Assembly (NCBI GenBank): GCA_030704615.1
Contig: CM060733.1
Location: 28,396,001 to 28,460,000, forward strand
Source: Takakia lepidozioides
Lineage: Eukaryota > Plantae > Bryophyta
Length of the DNA stretch: 64,000 nt
Direction of reading: 5' to 3'
In this document: in pieces, positions 13,531-30,379 of the stretch
Numbering within the stretch: position 1 is the first letter of the stretch
How the letters are laid out: the number at the start of each line of letters is the position of its first letter
Made by a program: the position numbers and the translations under genes
The notes under the pieces: generated by a model
Told to the model about the DNA's origin: nothing
Seen by the model: only the letters and a program-made list of their open reading frames with translations
Database searches by the model: none

Positions 13531-13849
13531 GACAAAACAACAAGAATGACATTGAGAAAGAAAAAAGAATAGAGACAACCGTATCAATCGTAGAGAAAAC
13601 CGTAGTAATAGATTTGACGGATCGCTGCGCGGAAAGCGTCGTCTTGTATGTTGCTGGGAGGACGATACTGAACTGAATGAACTACAAATCTTTCGCATTG
13701 ATGTGTGAAGCCGATTGGGCGCCATGGGAATTGCAGAAAGCTGATGCCCCAAAGTAAAAAAACGAGCGAGCTAGGAATTTGAAAAACGGATGGAGAGAGC
13801 AAATTAGGGTTTCGGCCTCTATCTCAACCTCCATTCGGCCGTCGGATAG

Positions 13850-15630
13850 TTTACATGTGTATGATGTACACGAGGCGGTGTTACAGAGGGTTACGTGGGT
13901 TACAGAGGGTCACAGAGGGTTACATGGGTTAAAGAGGGTCACAGAGGGTTACATGGAGTGAGGCTCACATATGGATGAGGGTGACACTCTGCGGTGTTAC
14001 AGAGGGTTACATGGTGGTGAGGGTTACACCTGGTGAGGGTTATAGAGGGTCACAGAGGGTTATATGTACATAGGGGTGAGGGTGACACTCTGCGGTGTTA
14101 CAGAGGGTTACATGGTGGTGAGGGTTACAAAAGGTCACAGAGGGTTACATGGTTTACAGAGGATCACAGAGGGTTACATGGATTACAAAGGGTTACATGG
14201 AGTGAGGGTTACATAAGGGGTGAGGGTGACACTCTGCGGTGTTATAAAGGGTTACATGGCTTACAGAGGGTTACAGTGGGTTACATGGGTTACAAAGGGT
14301 CACAGATGGTTACATGGGGATGAGGGTGAAACTCTGCACTGTCACAGAGGGTTACATGGAGTGAGGGTAACATGGGATGGGGGTGAAACTATGCGGTGTC
14401 GCAGAGGGTTACATGGGTTACGGAGGGTTACATGGTGGTGAGGGTGACACTCTGCGGTGTTACAGAGGGTTACATGGTGGTAATGGTTACACCTGGTGAG
14501 GGTTACATGGGTTACAGAGGGTCACAGAGGGTTATATGGAGTGAGGATTACATGGGGGTGAGGGTGACACTCTGCGGTGTTACAGAGGGTTACATGGTGG
14601 TGAGGGTTACAGAGGGTCAGAGAGGGTTACATGGAGTGAGGGTTACATAGGGGTGAGGGTGACACTCTGCGGTGTTACAGGGGGTTACATGGTGGTGAGG
14701 GTTACAAAGGGTCACAGAGGGTCACATGGAGTGAGGGTTACATGGAGTGAGGGTTACATGGAGTGAGGGTTACATAAGGGGTGAGGGTGACACTCTGTGT
14801 TGTTACAGAGGGTTACATGGGTTACAGAGCCACAGAGGATAACATAGCGTTACATGGAGTGAGGGTTACATGGGGATGAGGGTGACACTCTGCGGTGTCA
14901 TAGAGGGTTTGTAAGGGTTACAAAGGGTTACATGGTGGCGAGGGTGACACTCTGCGGTGTTACAGAGGGTTACATGGTGGTAAGGGTTACACCTGGTGAG
15001 GGATATAGAGGGTCACAGAGGGTTACATGGGTTACAGAGGGTTACATGGTGGTGAGGGTTACAGAGGGTCAGAGAGGGTTACATGGAGTGAGGGTTACAT
15101 ATGGGTGAGGGTGACACTCTGCGGTGTTACAGAGGGTTACATGGTGGTGAGGGTTACAAAGGGTCACAGAGGGTTACATGGGTTACAGAGGGTCACAGAG
15201 GATTACATGGGTTACAAAGGGTTACAGAGGGTTACATGGAGTGAGGGTTACACTCTGCGGTGTTACAGAGGGTTACATGGGTTACTGAGGGTTACATAGG
15301 GTTACATGGGTTGCAAAGTGTTACAGAGGGTTACATGTAGTGAGGGTTACATAGGGGTGGGGGTGACACTTTGCGGTGTTATAGAGGGTTATATGGGTTA
15401 CATGGAGTGAGGCTTACATAGGGGTGAGGGTGACACTCTGCGGTGTTACAGAGGGTTACATGGTGGTGAGGGTTACAGAGGGTCATGGGGTTTCATGGGG
15501 TTACATGGGTTACAGAGGGTTACATGGTGGTGTGGGTTACACTCGGCGGAGTTACAGAGCGTTACATGGGGGTGAGGGTTGAACCCGGGGCGGGGGTTAC
15601 ACGGGCTGACGTGCAGGGGGTTACAGGGAA
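13850..15630 (+). repeat. Right inverted arm: GGGTTAC(A)/GGTGACAC minisatellite
   Basis: Dense gggttacagagggttacatgg and gagggtgacactctgcggtgttac units; reverse complement of the 1-1300 array. Confidence 0.95.
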
Positions 15631-16060
15631 TTGGCGGACTGGTGTCGCAGAACGACGATGCAGGGGGCGACGACGCCGATGGGATGAGGGCGGGGGTGGG
15701 GAGAGATTGACCGAGCCCAGCCGGCTGCCTTTCGATGTCTGCCGGAGGCGAAGATCCGGCGGTACGGGGGATAGTGCCGGGGCTGCCTCGCCTCCCGCGC
15801 ACAAGTCCTCCTGCGGACCACCATGCTGCTCGGCCCTATGCGCCACGCGGGCACAAGTAGGGCCACACTCCTTGCTGGGACACTAGGGCCTTTGCTGCGG
15901 GACCGGTGCCCCATACACTCTGTCACAAGTATATGGCTCAATCTGAGGCCAACTTATTAGAATATATGACGCTTTTGCCATTCAGTGACGTCACTATATC
16001 ACGAGCGTACAAGTGTTTATTTTTCTGGTTTTACACGTGCGTATTAATATCGTTGATATA

Positions 16061-16830
16061 GGAAGATAATAGGAATAATGCAAGAACTTATTGTACGTGC
16101 AACCTCTCACATGATGGTACCCCGGTTTTGGGCATGTCAAATCTTCCCCACCCTCTGTTGAGGGTGACATGGAAATTGAAGGAGTGACAACTCCAATCGG
16201 GGTTACACTGGGTTACACGACGAGGTGTGTAACTCCACTTGGGGTTACATCGGGTTACACGACGAGGTGTGTAACTCCACTTGGGGTTACATCGGGTTAC
16301 ACATCGAGGTGTGTAACTCCACTTGGGGTTACACAGAATGGAGTGTAACTCCAGTCAGTGTAACCCACACTTGGTCTCAAAATTTGACTAAGTCCAAATG
16401 TGGCTAAGTATAAAATGGACCAACTAGAGTTACATGAGAAATCGAGGTTACAGAGGGTTACCCCAAGTGGAGGGTTACATCGACCGGGGTTATACCGAGT
16501 GGAGGGTTACATCGACCGGGGTTACACCGAGTGGAGGGTTACATCCATCGGGGTTACAGCAAGTGTAGGGGTTACACTGCCAAAACCTCCCATCAGAAAC
16601 TGAACCCAGAACATCGCCACCTACATTGCTATCACCTTACCATCACACTACCCACCACAACCTGCATCTCCCTCAGATTCATAAGTATTTAATAGTGAAA
16701 CCGAGATAATATGGGGTGAGGAGGATTTGACAGGAGCCCTGCCGGAGGAGCCCAGGTTGCCGGAGTCCGGCGAAAGTACTGTCAGATCACACGCGTCCAT
16801 TAAGTTCTTACATTATTCCTATTATCTTCC
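16061..16830 (+). mobile_element. 33-bp-TIR unit of the same MITE family, without TSD
   Basis: TIRs at 16061 and ending at 16830; collinear with 2072-2705. Flanks GTTGATATA and TCTTGGGCG do not match. Confidence 0.85.
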
Positions 16831-16939
16831 TCTTGGGCGCTCCCAGGTTTCCTTTCTGATTATTTAAAAAAAAACATCATATATTCTTTAAAACCATTAA
16901 ATTATATATTAATAGAAATAACTATCCATACCCGGAAAC

Positions 16940-16972
16940 GGAAGATAATAGGAATAATGTAAGAACTTAATG
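16940..16972 (+). mobile_element. Solo 33-bp TIR upstream of the UGT gene
   Basis: Exact GGAAGATAATAGGAATAATGTAAGAACTTAATG followed by unrelated sequence. Confidence 0.8.
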
Positions 16973-17690
16973 CGAGCGCGTCAGGACTGTCCAGCCCTGA
17001 CACCTCCCTGTCTGCCATAACTTAGTGCCGAGGCCGGGCGGGCGCTCGCACGCGCGGGTTGAAGACATAATGGACGTGCCCCCAAAATAGACATAATAGA
17101 CAGATGGCTTGTATAACGTGGAGCCACCACAGCCATCCCGCGAAGCTTCTTCATGGCCCAGTGTAAAGTGGTGAAGTTCACGCGATACGTGAGTAAGCTT
17201 AACGGCCGTGAGCAGATTGCAGTAGGGGTGTCACTGTTCTCCACCACAACTTTTTGTCTGTTACGCACTCACATTTCTGTCGTCAGTGTACGTGGTCAAG
17301 CCTTCCTCAGAAGTTGTTTGAAATCACTATTTGTCTTCAAGCGACCGCAAGCTTCAAGCTGATCTTCTTACAGATAAACTGCATCAAGCTAGCTTCTTGC
17401 CTTCTCGCAATGTCTTGGTTGAATTTTGTCATATAGTAGGCTAGACATTCGAATCCTGGAGTTTTATTTTTATTTTTTTGCCTGGAGTTTGAGTGTGAGG
17501 TTGAGCCTATCATCTCCCTCACGTCATTGGACGTTGTTAACATCTCTCTCAAAATTCCCTCTCTTCCTGGGCTCCGTCTCTCAAAATTAGGCCCCGAATG
17601 ATAGTCAGCAGTCACTGTTTCTAGATTCAACTTGTTTGCACGGCGTATTGTTTGAGGACGCGTAAACTCCATCCCATCAGGTTCACACTA

Positions 17691-20600
17691 ATGGCCAATA
17701 CGTCGGCTCCGCATGGCAAGTCCCGCCCACATGTAGTCATAGTCCCTAGCCCCGGCTCTGGACACTCTACTCCCTTCGTACAATTTGCGAAGCTGCTATG
17801 CACATCCGGAATTACGCCCAGCTTCGTGAGCACAGACAATCATATTGCAAACCTCATTCAGGACAACCATGGAACTGCAGACTCCACATTTGACGACCTA
17901 GACCTGCGATTTGTGAGCCTGCAAGACGGCATAACTGGTCCAATGGCCTCCATATTTTCTGGGGAAGGGAAGGTGGTGGAGGAAGCAACACTGGCAAAGC
18001 TCCTGGAAGCTGTGATAGTGAATATGATGGAAACCACCACAGCGAGCTTCAAGAAAAATCAGCGATCGGTACCACCAGGTGGCAAGCCTTGCTGCATTCT
18101 GTCAGATATGTTCGTTTTGGGTTGGACTTCAAAGGTAGCCGAAAAGCTCGACATTCCAAGTCATGTCCTACTTACCTCGCCAGCGGCATTTTTATCCTTT
18201 CTGCTACAGGTGTGAATTCGCTTCTAGCTCTCTCGAATCTAACTATCTCGATCTGAATGATCCAAATCGGGAGTAGACATCTGCTCGAGCTGAAAACTTG
18301 ACAGACGTGGTGCCAGCAACTTTTGCATGATGAAGAAATGGTCATGGCAATGCGGGGTCTTATCATGTTCTCACGTTGATCTGAGAATGACCGCTTCAAT
18401 TCCAGTAACCTGAAATTCGGAAAGGAGAAGGAAACTTAGCGGGACAGGGGTATATCCTTGTCAATTACTAGAAATTTGACATTTTCTTGTGAAAGGAATT
18501 GTTAGCGGGGATGAGAGCGAAGGAGGGAGAAGAAACAAAACCAACTCATCTCTTGTATTGTCCATGGGTAAACAGCTCAAGTACAAAGAGAGAGATCTCG
18601 AGATAGGGAGGAACTCTACCGATTACTGTGCCATAATATTGCAAACATGTCCGTAGCTATCAGCAACTCTCTAGATAGGCTCTTCACCGGCAGTGCATGG
18701 AGTATATAAGGATGTTTAGCATGCAGGATACAACGTTTTCCTTTTCAGTAGCTGACATAAGTGTGAATGTGATGGCAGCTCAGAAGGCTCGTAGCCGAAG
18801 GGCTATTGCCTCCCAGCAATCAGTCGCCCATTTCGTGCATTCCTGGCCTGCCACCACTGAGCCCTGCAGATGTTCCGCAGGGTTTGGATAGAGGAAACGA
18901 TGACCCCATATTCATCTTTCTTCATCGCCATTATTTAGCTCTCACAGAGGCTTCAGTGTTTCTAATCAACTCTTTTCATGAGCTCGAAGCTAGGGTGTTT
19001 GATGCCCTGCAGACCCAAGTCATTGGCACCACGAGTGTGAAGGTCAGTCACTTTCCTTGGTTGTTGATTTTGGCTTTTCAAAATTGATGCTTGCACATGA
19101 TTGTGATTGCACGCAGGGTTATATTTCAAAATAAGTTTGTTCACATCTGGAGAATTGGATTGTCGGTGTTCATGTTTCTAGCTGGAGCAAATTCTGAGAA
19201 AAGTATTTCATGGGTGCCCGTCATTTCTAGCCAAACATGCCACATTGGCCAATTGGGTTTAGCTGCAATGCTGCAGTGGACTCACATACATTAATTACAT
19301 TTTGGTCCCAAGATCAACTCTTCCCAAAAAAAAGTAACTCTTGAAACAAGGGCATTCATATATCCCCTTCCCTTATTCACTAATCCTGATCATGTAAGCA
19401 TGTGAAGCTGCCCCTGTTAGCGGGGTTGAATTGTGGTTTAGGTCATTGTATCTGGTTTAGGAGGCACAGGGATGTCTCTCCAAAAGGGATTGCCAGGAAT
19501 TATTTGATACTCTCTCCGTTAATTGAGTTGACTTTGATAGGACTGCCTGGAGATGACTGAATATCACCACTTCCAGGAAGTTCCTGTGTTGGTAAGAACA
19601 AATACATTTCACAATGTTCGGTTGTCATTGCTTGGTACCTGGAATGAAAGGTTCAAATTCTTCTCATGTTGGATGCTCCATCCCAGGAGACAGGCTACAT
19701 TGTTTACTAGTTCTAAGTTGCAGGTGCTATTTGCAGGCTCGATCTATTTTGCCCATTGGTCCATTGCTTCTAACAGAACGGCAAGCCTTCGAAAGCCACA
19801 AAAAGTTCGCTCAAGACATTGTACAAGGAGAAGAAACTCAGAGTGACCCATGTTTGTTATGGTTAAACACCCAGGTTCCTTTTTCAGTTCTGTTCATTTC
19901 GTTTGGAAGTAAGCCAGAAAGGATGGCAGGACTGCAAATCCTTGAGCTGGCACAGGGGCTTGAGGCTAGCGAGCAACCTTTCTTGTGGGTACTACGGCAA
20001 CTTAATGTAGCACCACCCTCAGCTTCAGAGTTGCTGCCATCGGTATCTGAATTGCTCCCTCCAGGTGAGAATTGGCCCATAATCCTGGAGAGCGACTTAG
20101 AATGTTACATCTGATAAAGTCCTGAATAGCGACACAGGTTGATTATCAACCATGACGTGAAAGCATTGGTTGATGAGATGGGAGTCTATTGTACCATATG
20201 TATATTCTGATGCATGGCAGGTTTGTTATCCAGGATTTATGTGGCATCAAGGTTTTTTAGTAGGGCATGGATTAGCTCAGGAGGGATTGGCCTGAAATAA
20301 TGCCTCCAGGTTTTGAGGAGCGGGTGAAGGGCCGGGGTTTAATCTACACTGGTTGGGCACCCCAGCAGCAAATTCTTAGTCACCCAGCCACTGGTGGCTT
20401 CCTTACACACTGTGGCTGGAATTCTACACTGGAAAGTATCTGTGCAGGTGTCCCAATGCTCACGTGGCCAATGTGGGCAGAGCAGCATATGAATTCCAGG
20501 TTAGATTCATGTGCCTCTTGGCCAAAGCTTCAAAACTTCTGGTTTGTTTCAGTAACTGAGGAATGCACATTACCTTCCACCCTGTCCAGACAGAAAGATC

Positions 20601-23600
20601 ACGAGAAATCTAATGCATCCAAGGGACACCCAGAGGGCCCTGTGACAATAACTTTGGATCCTATGCCTGAAAACCTACAAGAGAGTGGAGAGAGAGTGGG
20701 AAGAGGGTGGCTGGGTATAGCACATTAGGTCAGTGTGGATTGCGAACTTATAGAGAGCAGCAGAAAGAAAGAAATGCTTGTTATTTATCTGCAACCCTTT
20801 CCGACTTGGTCTCCAAGTAACATCGGACAGTCACATTGCTATTGAGTGAGGATACAAGCTTGCTATCGCCTTTTTCATTCCTGTTACTTAGTGTGCAATG
20901 GAAGTTAAGAAGAAGCAGGTAAGCAGAGGTACAGAGAGTGAAGTCCTACACCTTCAACGCTTGAGGTACTGTTGCCTAAAGACAATGTGAGTATCCAGTT
21001 GTGCAGGAGAAAGCAACTGCAAGGCAAAGGGTGAATGATTCTCCCTGCTCTCGGCTCTTTGTACTTCAGGACCCAATCCGTCTCCATAGCCTTGAGCTTT
21101 GCTGTTCATAAAGGCAGAGCTGCGCGTAACAGCGGCCAGCCTAGCTTCAAAACTCCAATGAGTAACGACCCTGTTTTACCCGACAGCTTCACGTGGCTCT
21201 ATTCTCCCTTTGGCATCTCCCTATATTAAAGTATTATACACTTAGGGTTATTAGTCATTACTAACCCTAATTAGTGCACTGCTTAGGTTTAAATCTACCT
21301 CTTTAAAAGGGCCTTTTCCACGTCATGCTCTTTAAAAAAAATCTTAGTCCCTTAGCAGTTTACCTTATAATTGCTGCATCTTAGGGATGGCTAGGTTATG
21401 TCCTTTCTAATTATCTTAAAAGATATCTAGGACAAACCATACCAAAGGTTGTAGAGAGAGAATGTACTCATAAGACGTTGATTGCCGCAGCCTTGTGGCC
21501 ATTGACCCCGCGCCCAGTTTGAGCAGAAACCAAAGGGACAGAACCTACCTCTGTCAGGGGCTGACGTTGGTAGTAAGACTTACCTTTATACATAACCGAT
21601 TTTTAGAGCAGACTCGCTGACGTGGCGTGTTTCTACTGGATTTGAGGAGGGGTGCTGTATGTGGTATTCTACGACCTACTAGATTTTAATTACCTACGCG
21701 GCTCGGTAGGTCCTGGCTCCCTGCTAGCAGGGGCTCCTCTCGAATGCTACCTAAGTCCATAGAATTGATCCCGCTTTTCCAGATATCCTCTAGAAATCCC
21801 TTCACACAAGCATCGATCTGCTCTGTGTGATTTGCCCAAAAACTAGGCCTCAGAAGGTTGGTAAACAAAGGTATAGGCACAATTCCCTTGATAGATTTGA
21901 AGAGAGCGTCACTTTGGTGAGAGAACCCCGGACAGTGTATCAGAAAATGAATACTGTCTTCAGGTTGCCCACACAACGGGCAATTGCACTCTCCCTTTCC
22001 TCTCTGCTTCTGTTTGCTGTTCAAAGGTAGGCTTCCTGCCGTGAGTTTAAATTTCAGTCTAGTTCCGAGAGTGGGTAGTCCCTTGAGGTCATCCAAGATG
22101 TCCTCCCCCCATGTCACAGACTGGAAACAAGTTCAGGGAAGTGTTCTGCCTAACTTCATTTTCATCAGACAATTTCATGGCAACAGACATGGCTTTGGAG
22201 CCTCTAAGTCAGATTTATCCAGCAGGGTCAAGACTTGCGGATCCAGATCCAGGTTCTTGAGAATCTCTTCTACGCTCTTCTGCCAGGACTTCGCCTGTTT
22301 GACAGGGCAGTCCTGTTTCCAAGATATAGAGTCGATTAACTTAGGATATCTGGTGTTGGACATATGTTGCAGCTGACCCCACCATCTGACCTTGAATTCA
22401 TCTCGTCGGGAGCTGAAGGACGGAATGCCAAACTCACCCCGAACAGCCACATTGGCTGTTTTGGAGCATACTGACATACACTCCTTAGGCACCCCCACTT
22501 GAATGGATTCTAGAGACTTAGCCTGGTTGGAGTTAACAACCCATATTGCAGATCCGTACTCCAAGGCAGGTCTAATAACGCGACAAAGCATGGCTTTCTT
22601 AACCTCAGAGTTGACCCCTCTGCAGTGGAAAAATTTAGTGAGCCCCAGAACTTTGCCCTTGCCAGTTTGAACAACTTTCCGGATATGGGATGGCCCAGGT
22701 AAGTATAGAAAGGGAGGACCAGGATCTCTTGGCACTGCCACTTAAGATAACTCCTCTGTCGTTGAATGCTACCACTGCACATTTGCTGACGTTAGCCTCT
22801 AGCCCCCAAAGATCAAAGTGTCTCTTCGCGCAATCAAGCAACTCTTGGAGATTGGTTGGAGTCTTCCCTAAGCCTGCGAAGTCATCCGAGAGAGAGGGTG
22901 GCCAGGGTAAGTTATAGCACATTAGGTCAACTGAGGCCTGCGAACGTAAGAGGAAAGCAGCAGAAAGAAAGAAATGTTTGTTATAATGCTTCCCCTACCA
23001 CTTGTAGCCTTCCATGATGAAAACAGGTAATACAGAGTTCACCGACATTTAGTGGATGGAGAGGAAGGGGGCAGAACTGACCTCCCAAAGATTTTGGTCA
23101 ACCCACTGAAGGCAAAGGTTTGAACTTGTGGGTGTCCCTTCTGTTGACATGGTCCGAATGGAAAGCCTGGGCTTTGTTAGGGACTAGCAAATTCCTACAA
23201 GTATACTGTAGTGTTATTATTGACAGCTTATTCTGAACTCAAAATTGGTTTGGGTGAGCAAAAATGAACTCCAGATTTAATAAGGGAGAGAGAGAGTCAT
23301 GCCCCACTTGCTGCTGGGCTAATGTAGGTGGGATGTGATGTGACATGATTGGGGAATGAACGTTGGCTGGAGTGTTTGCTATTTAACAAAATTTTACCAA
23401 CTACTCATGTCATCAGAGTAAATGCACATACCCTATTCGCAGAGGGGAGCAGATATGAACTTCAAGCAGGAATGCAATTTTGGGATAGGAATGACGGTGT
23501 GAAGAAAGTAGACCTTTGTCAATTATGAAACCCAGTGTTGCATTGAAAGAACAAAACTGGAACTTTTTGACTGGTTTGATAATGCGCTTTCCTGTGCTGC

Positions 23601-23843
23601 AGATTTCTTGTGGAAACAGCAAAATTGGGAATGGGGATGCAACAGGGAGAGAGTGGATTGTATGAGAAGGCAGAAATTACGAGGGCAGTGAGGGCTCTGA
23701 TGAGAGAGGATCAAGGAGTGGGAATCAGAAGCAGGATGAAAGCTATGGGAGACCTGGCACGGACAGCTTTTGCCGATGGAGGATCCTCCAACAGGAATTT
23801 GGAGGCATATGTGAATGAACTCAAGTCGCTCATCCCCATCTAA
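17691..23843 (+). CDS. Family-1 UDP-glycosyltransferase, 5 exons
   Basis: Exons 17691-18209, 18779-19042, 19737-20064, 20310-20499 and 23603-23843 with GT-AG borders. N-terminal [17 protein letters not shown]; PSPG box [44 protein letters not shown]; C-terminal [12 protein letters not shown]. Confidence 0.93.
21480..22887 (-). mobile_element. 5'-truncated non-LTR retrotransposon (RT C-terminus + CCHC finger; RTEX/L2-like) in UGT intron 4
   Basis: Frameshifted peptides DDFAGLG...LQELLD...[35 protein letters not shown] and [18 protein letters not shown]. Clade assignment is tentative. Confidence 0.8.
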
Positions 23844-25521
23844 CATCTCTTCGGAAGCAGAGTACTAGTATAAGGTATCAGTAGCTGCAATTGTTTGTAT
23901 GTGTGCTTAATTGTGAATTGTAGTGCGAAAATAGGTTCCCATGCATTTTTTAAGGTAGAGCCTGCAAAATCCAAGTTTGGATGAATTATCTGGTTTTATA
24001 GGACTTTTGAGTGCATCTGGAGATGTCACTGCAGGCAGGACATCCGGATGACATGTGGTGGATGGGGTGAGTGTCCAGGAAGGCTATGCTATGATCTGCA
24101 GGAGGGATACTGAGTGGTCTGTCACCTTGCCACCGCCATTGACAGAATCAGGAGCTGGATTTCTGCAAGCATGTCCCTGGTGAAGTGCGCGCACTTGGAA
24201 TGTTAGGCACTCAGTGAGCTTGGCTGTTTAGGCATGGGTGTATGTGTGGTGTGACTCAGAAAGCTGTTTCGGTTGAAGAGATGTTAGGCTAGGGTGAATT
24301 CTGCTTTTCTGATTCTAAGCTCAAGTATCTCAGTTGAGCATAGGTGGCACTTCGCCTGACACACTAGTTGGTTTACATCAATGCTGACAGCCAGCAAGCT
24401 TCTACTATGGAGGCTGACCCATGCTTGGGGCGCCTTAACTCGAAAGTTTGGTGTCAGGGCATGATAATTTGGCCCTTGGCACGATTCAGTTTGGAGGTTA
24501 GGGTAGGAGGCTGGTTCTTGGGCATTCTGTTTTTTGGGAGAAAGTAGAAGTGAACAGAGCTGTTAAGATGTTCAAGAAGATGAGATTGCAATTTGGAAAG
24601 TGAAATATAGGGGAATTGGAAGCAGTTGCGAACAATTGGTGAGCTGAGTGAATGGGAGGGATGGTTGGTTGTGGCAATGCTGGGCAACCTGTCTAGACTG
24701 AGGGATGGGATGCAGTATGAGACAATAGAAGGAGGAGTTGGTCTGTGATGTTTGCATGATGATAGGAAGGAAACACATCTCTGAGTTGAAGTAGCAGGGT
24801 CATACACTGTTGGAGGCTGGTCTGATGCATCTGGCTGAATAGAGTTAAGAGACAATGCGCTGCAGTCATTGAAACAGGTCTTGTACATGAGTAACTGAAG
24901 GGTAGCTTGCAGTAGCATTCCACTACTGAAGTTTAGTTACTTTGGGAGCAGGGATTGGCTGCATTTACAACTGAGTATGCTGCATCTGGAGAGGAAGAGG
25001 TTATAAGGTATGATGACCAATCTAATGTCTCCCTTTGTTATAGGATTATACTTGTGTAAATGATGGGAGCTTTGCAAGCAGATAACACAAATGTTTAGTC
25101 TTACCTCTGGGGCGCCACAGTAGGATTGCTTCTGTTGAGAGGGACTTATACTTTAAAGGTAAACTTGACATTGCAATAGCCTGCACTTTCAAGTTATGCA
25201 TACATTGCCAAGGCAGTACGACTGCAACACACAGCATCTCTTTGACACAAAAACTCATCCCTCAACAGTGCAAAATAGTTTCCCCCGATATATTATGCTA
25301 GCACATTAAAAATTGTTGCAACCATGCAACCTTTCCGAACTACTACTTCTCAATTATCACGAGTAGGAGAGCCAATCAGTCTATCCATTGTAAAGCCAAA
25401 ATTTCAATCATTATGAAAGAAGAATGTCTGTAACTACTGTCTCGTGAATCCTGACAACTGATTTCTGCTCTCTACATCACAATGATGAGTATAAATTCTC
25501 CATAGATTTATTCCTTGTCCA

Positions 25522-29599
<4,078 letters not shown>

Positions 29600-30257
29600 C
29601 ACTCCCCTCTCCCTCAAGCAAGAACACAACAGAAACCGAGGGAGGCAGGGGCTAACAACTCGATATGAAAGATGAATCGAAATGTTGAAAATAATGCGGG
29701 CAATGCAAAGAAAGAGACTGATCCAGAGCAGTACGTGTGCAGAAACTTGGGAATGATCGATGCCTGCAAACCCTCGCAACAGACACACACACACACGGAA
29801 AGCAGCAGACGGACGAACAGCGCCGATGGTGAAGCGCAGCTCTCCCTCAGCTTCTCCGCCATGGCAACTCCTATTCCTCCAATTATGGCGACCGATATTC
29901 ACAATTATTTTAATTGTGGCGATTTGTCCTCAAAGCTGAAATGCTAATTACTTACAAATGATTGTGAATATGGCGATTTCCATTTTTGAGCGGCGTCGAC
30001 GACGAGAATCTCGATGCCACTCGGCTCGCTTGCGACGTTGGTCGAGACGTAGGACGGGAACTGCAAAGAGGTCCAGCCAGAACTTTCTCGTTCGTAAGAG
30101 AACTGGCTCAAGTACGACGGGACGTTAGAGGGGCAACTTCACGCATTCATCGTCTGACGATTTGTTTCATTCGTTCCGTCACGTTAAATGTTTTTTTAAT
30201 AGGTAATTAATTAATTTTATTACGTGTGCAAAAAACCTGCAGACATGAGGCCTAAGA

Positions 30258-30355
30258 TTTTTTCTTTTTACGGAACAAGGGGATTGTAGCCCTGTAAAAT
30301 TTATTGAAGAGGAGTAAGGAAAAAATAACCTTACAAAAGCCATGAGGCAGAAAAT
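30258..30355 (-). mobile_element. L1-like LINE 3' tail
   Basis: The reverse complement reads gtaaggttatttttt...aataaa...gggctacaatcccc...A-tail, matching 50740-50760 plus 51563-51612. Confidence 0.65.
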
Positions 30356-30379
30356 CGAGGTTCCTGAACTATTTTAGGC

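Larger units (their letters stand above)
1..16830. mobile_element. Large Mutator-like (MULE) foldback-type DNA transposon, decayed; left end outside window; right end ~16050 or 16830
   Basis: Contains a SWIM/DDE transposase relic (+) and a convergent ZnF-Ulp1 gene (-) between two inverted minisatellite arms that share diagnostic variants. For example, 121-240 is the reverse complement of ~14880-15020, and the ORF-track peptides at 217..489(-) and 14033..14323(+) are nearly identical. Confidence 0.8.

Noticed and set aside
13779-15941. ORFs such as MRVIEGHRGL.../VTEGYM... here and at 217-1005
   Set aside because: They are translations of the minisatellite in several frames, with no domain content.
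23900-25000. Gene or TE between UGT and fabG
   Set aside because: The ORFs lack recognisable motifs; at most an unclassifiable old relic.
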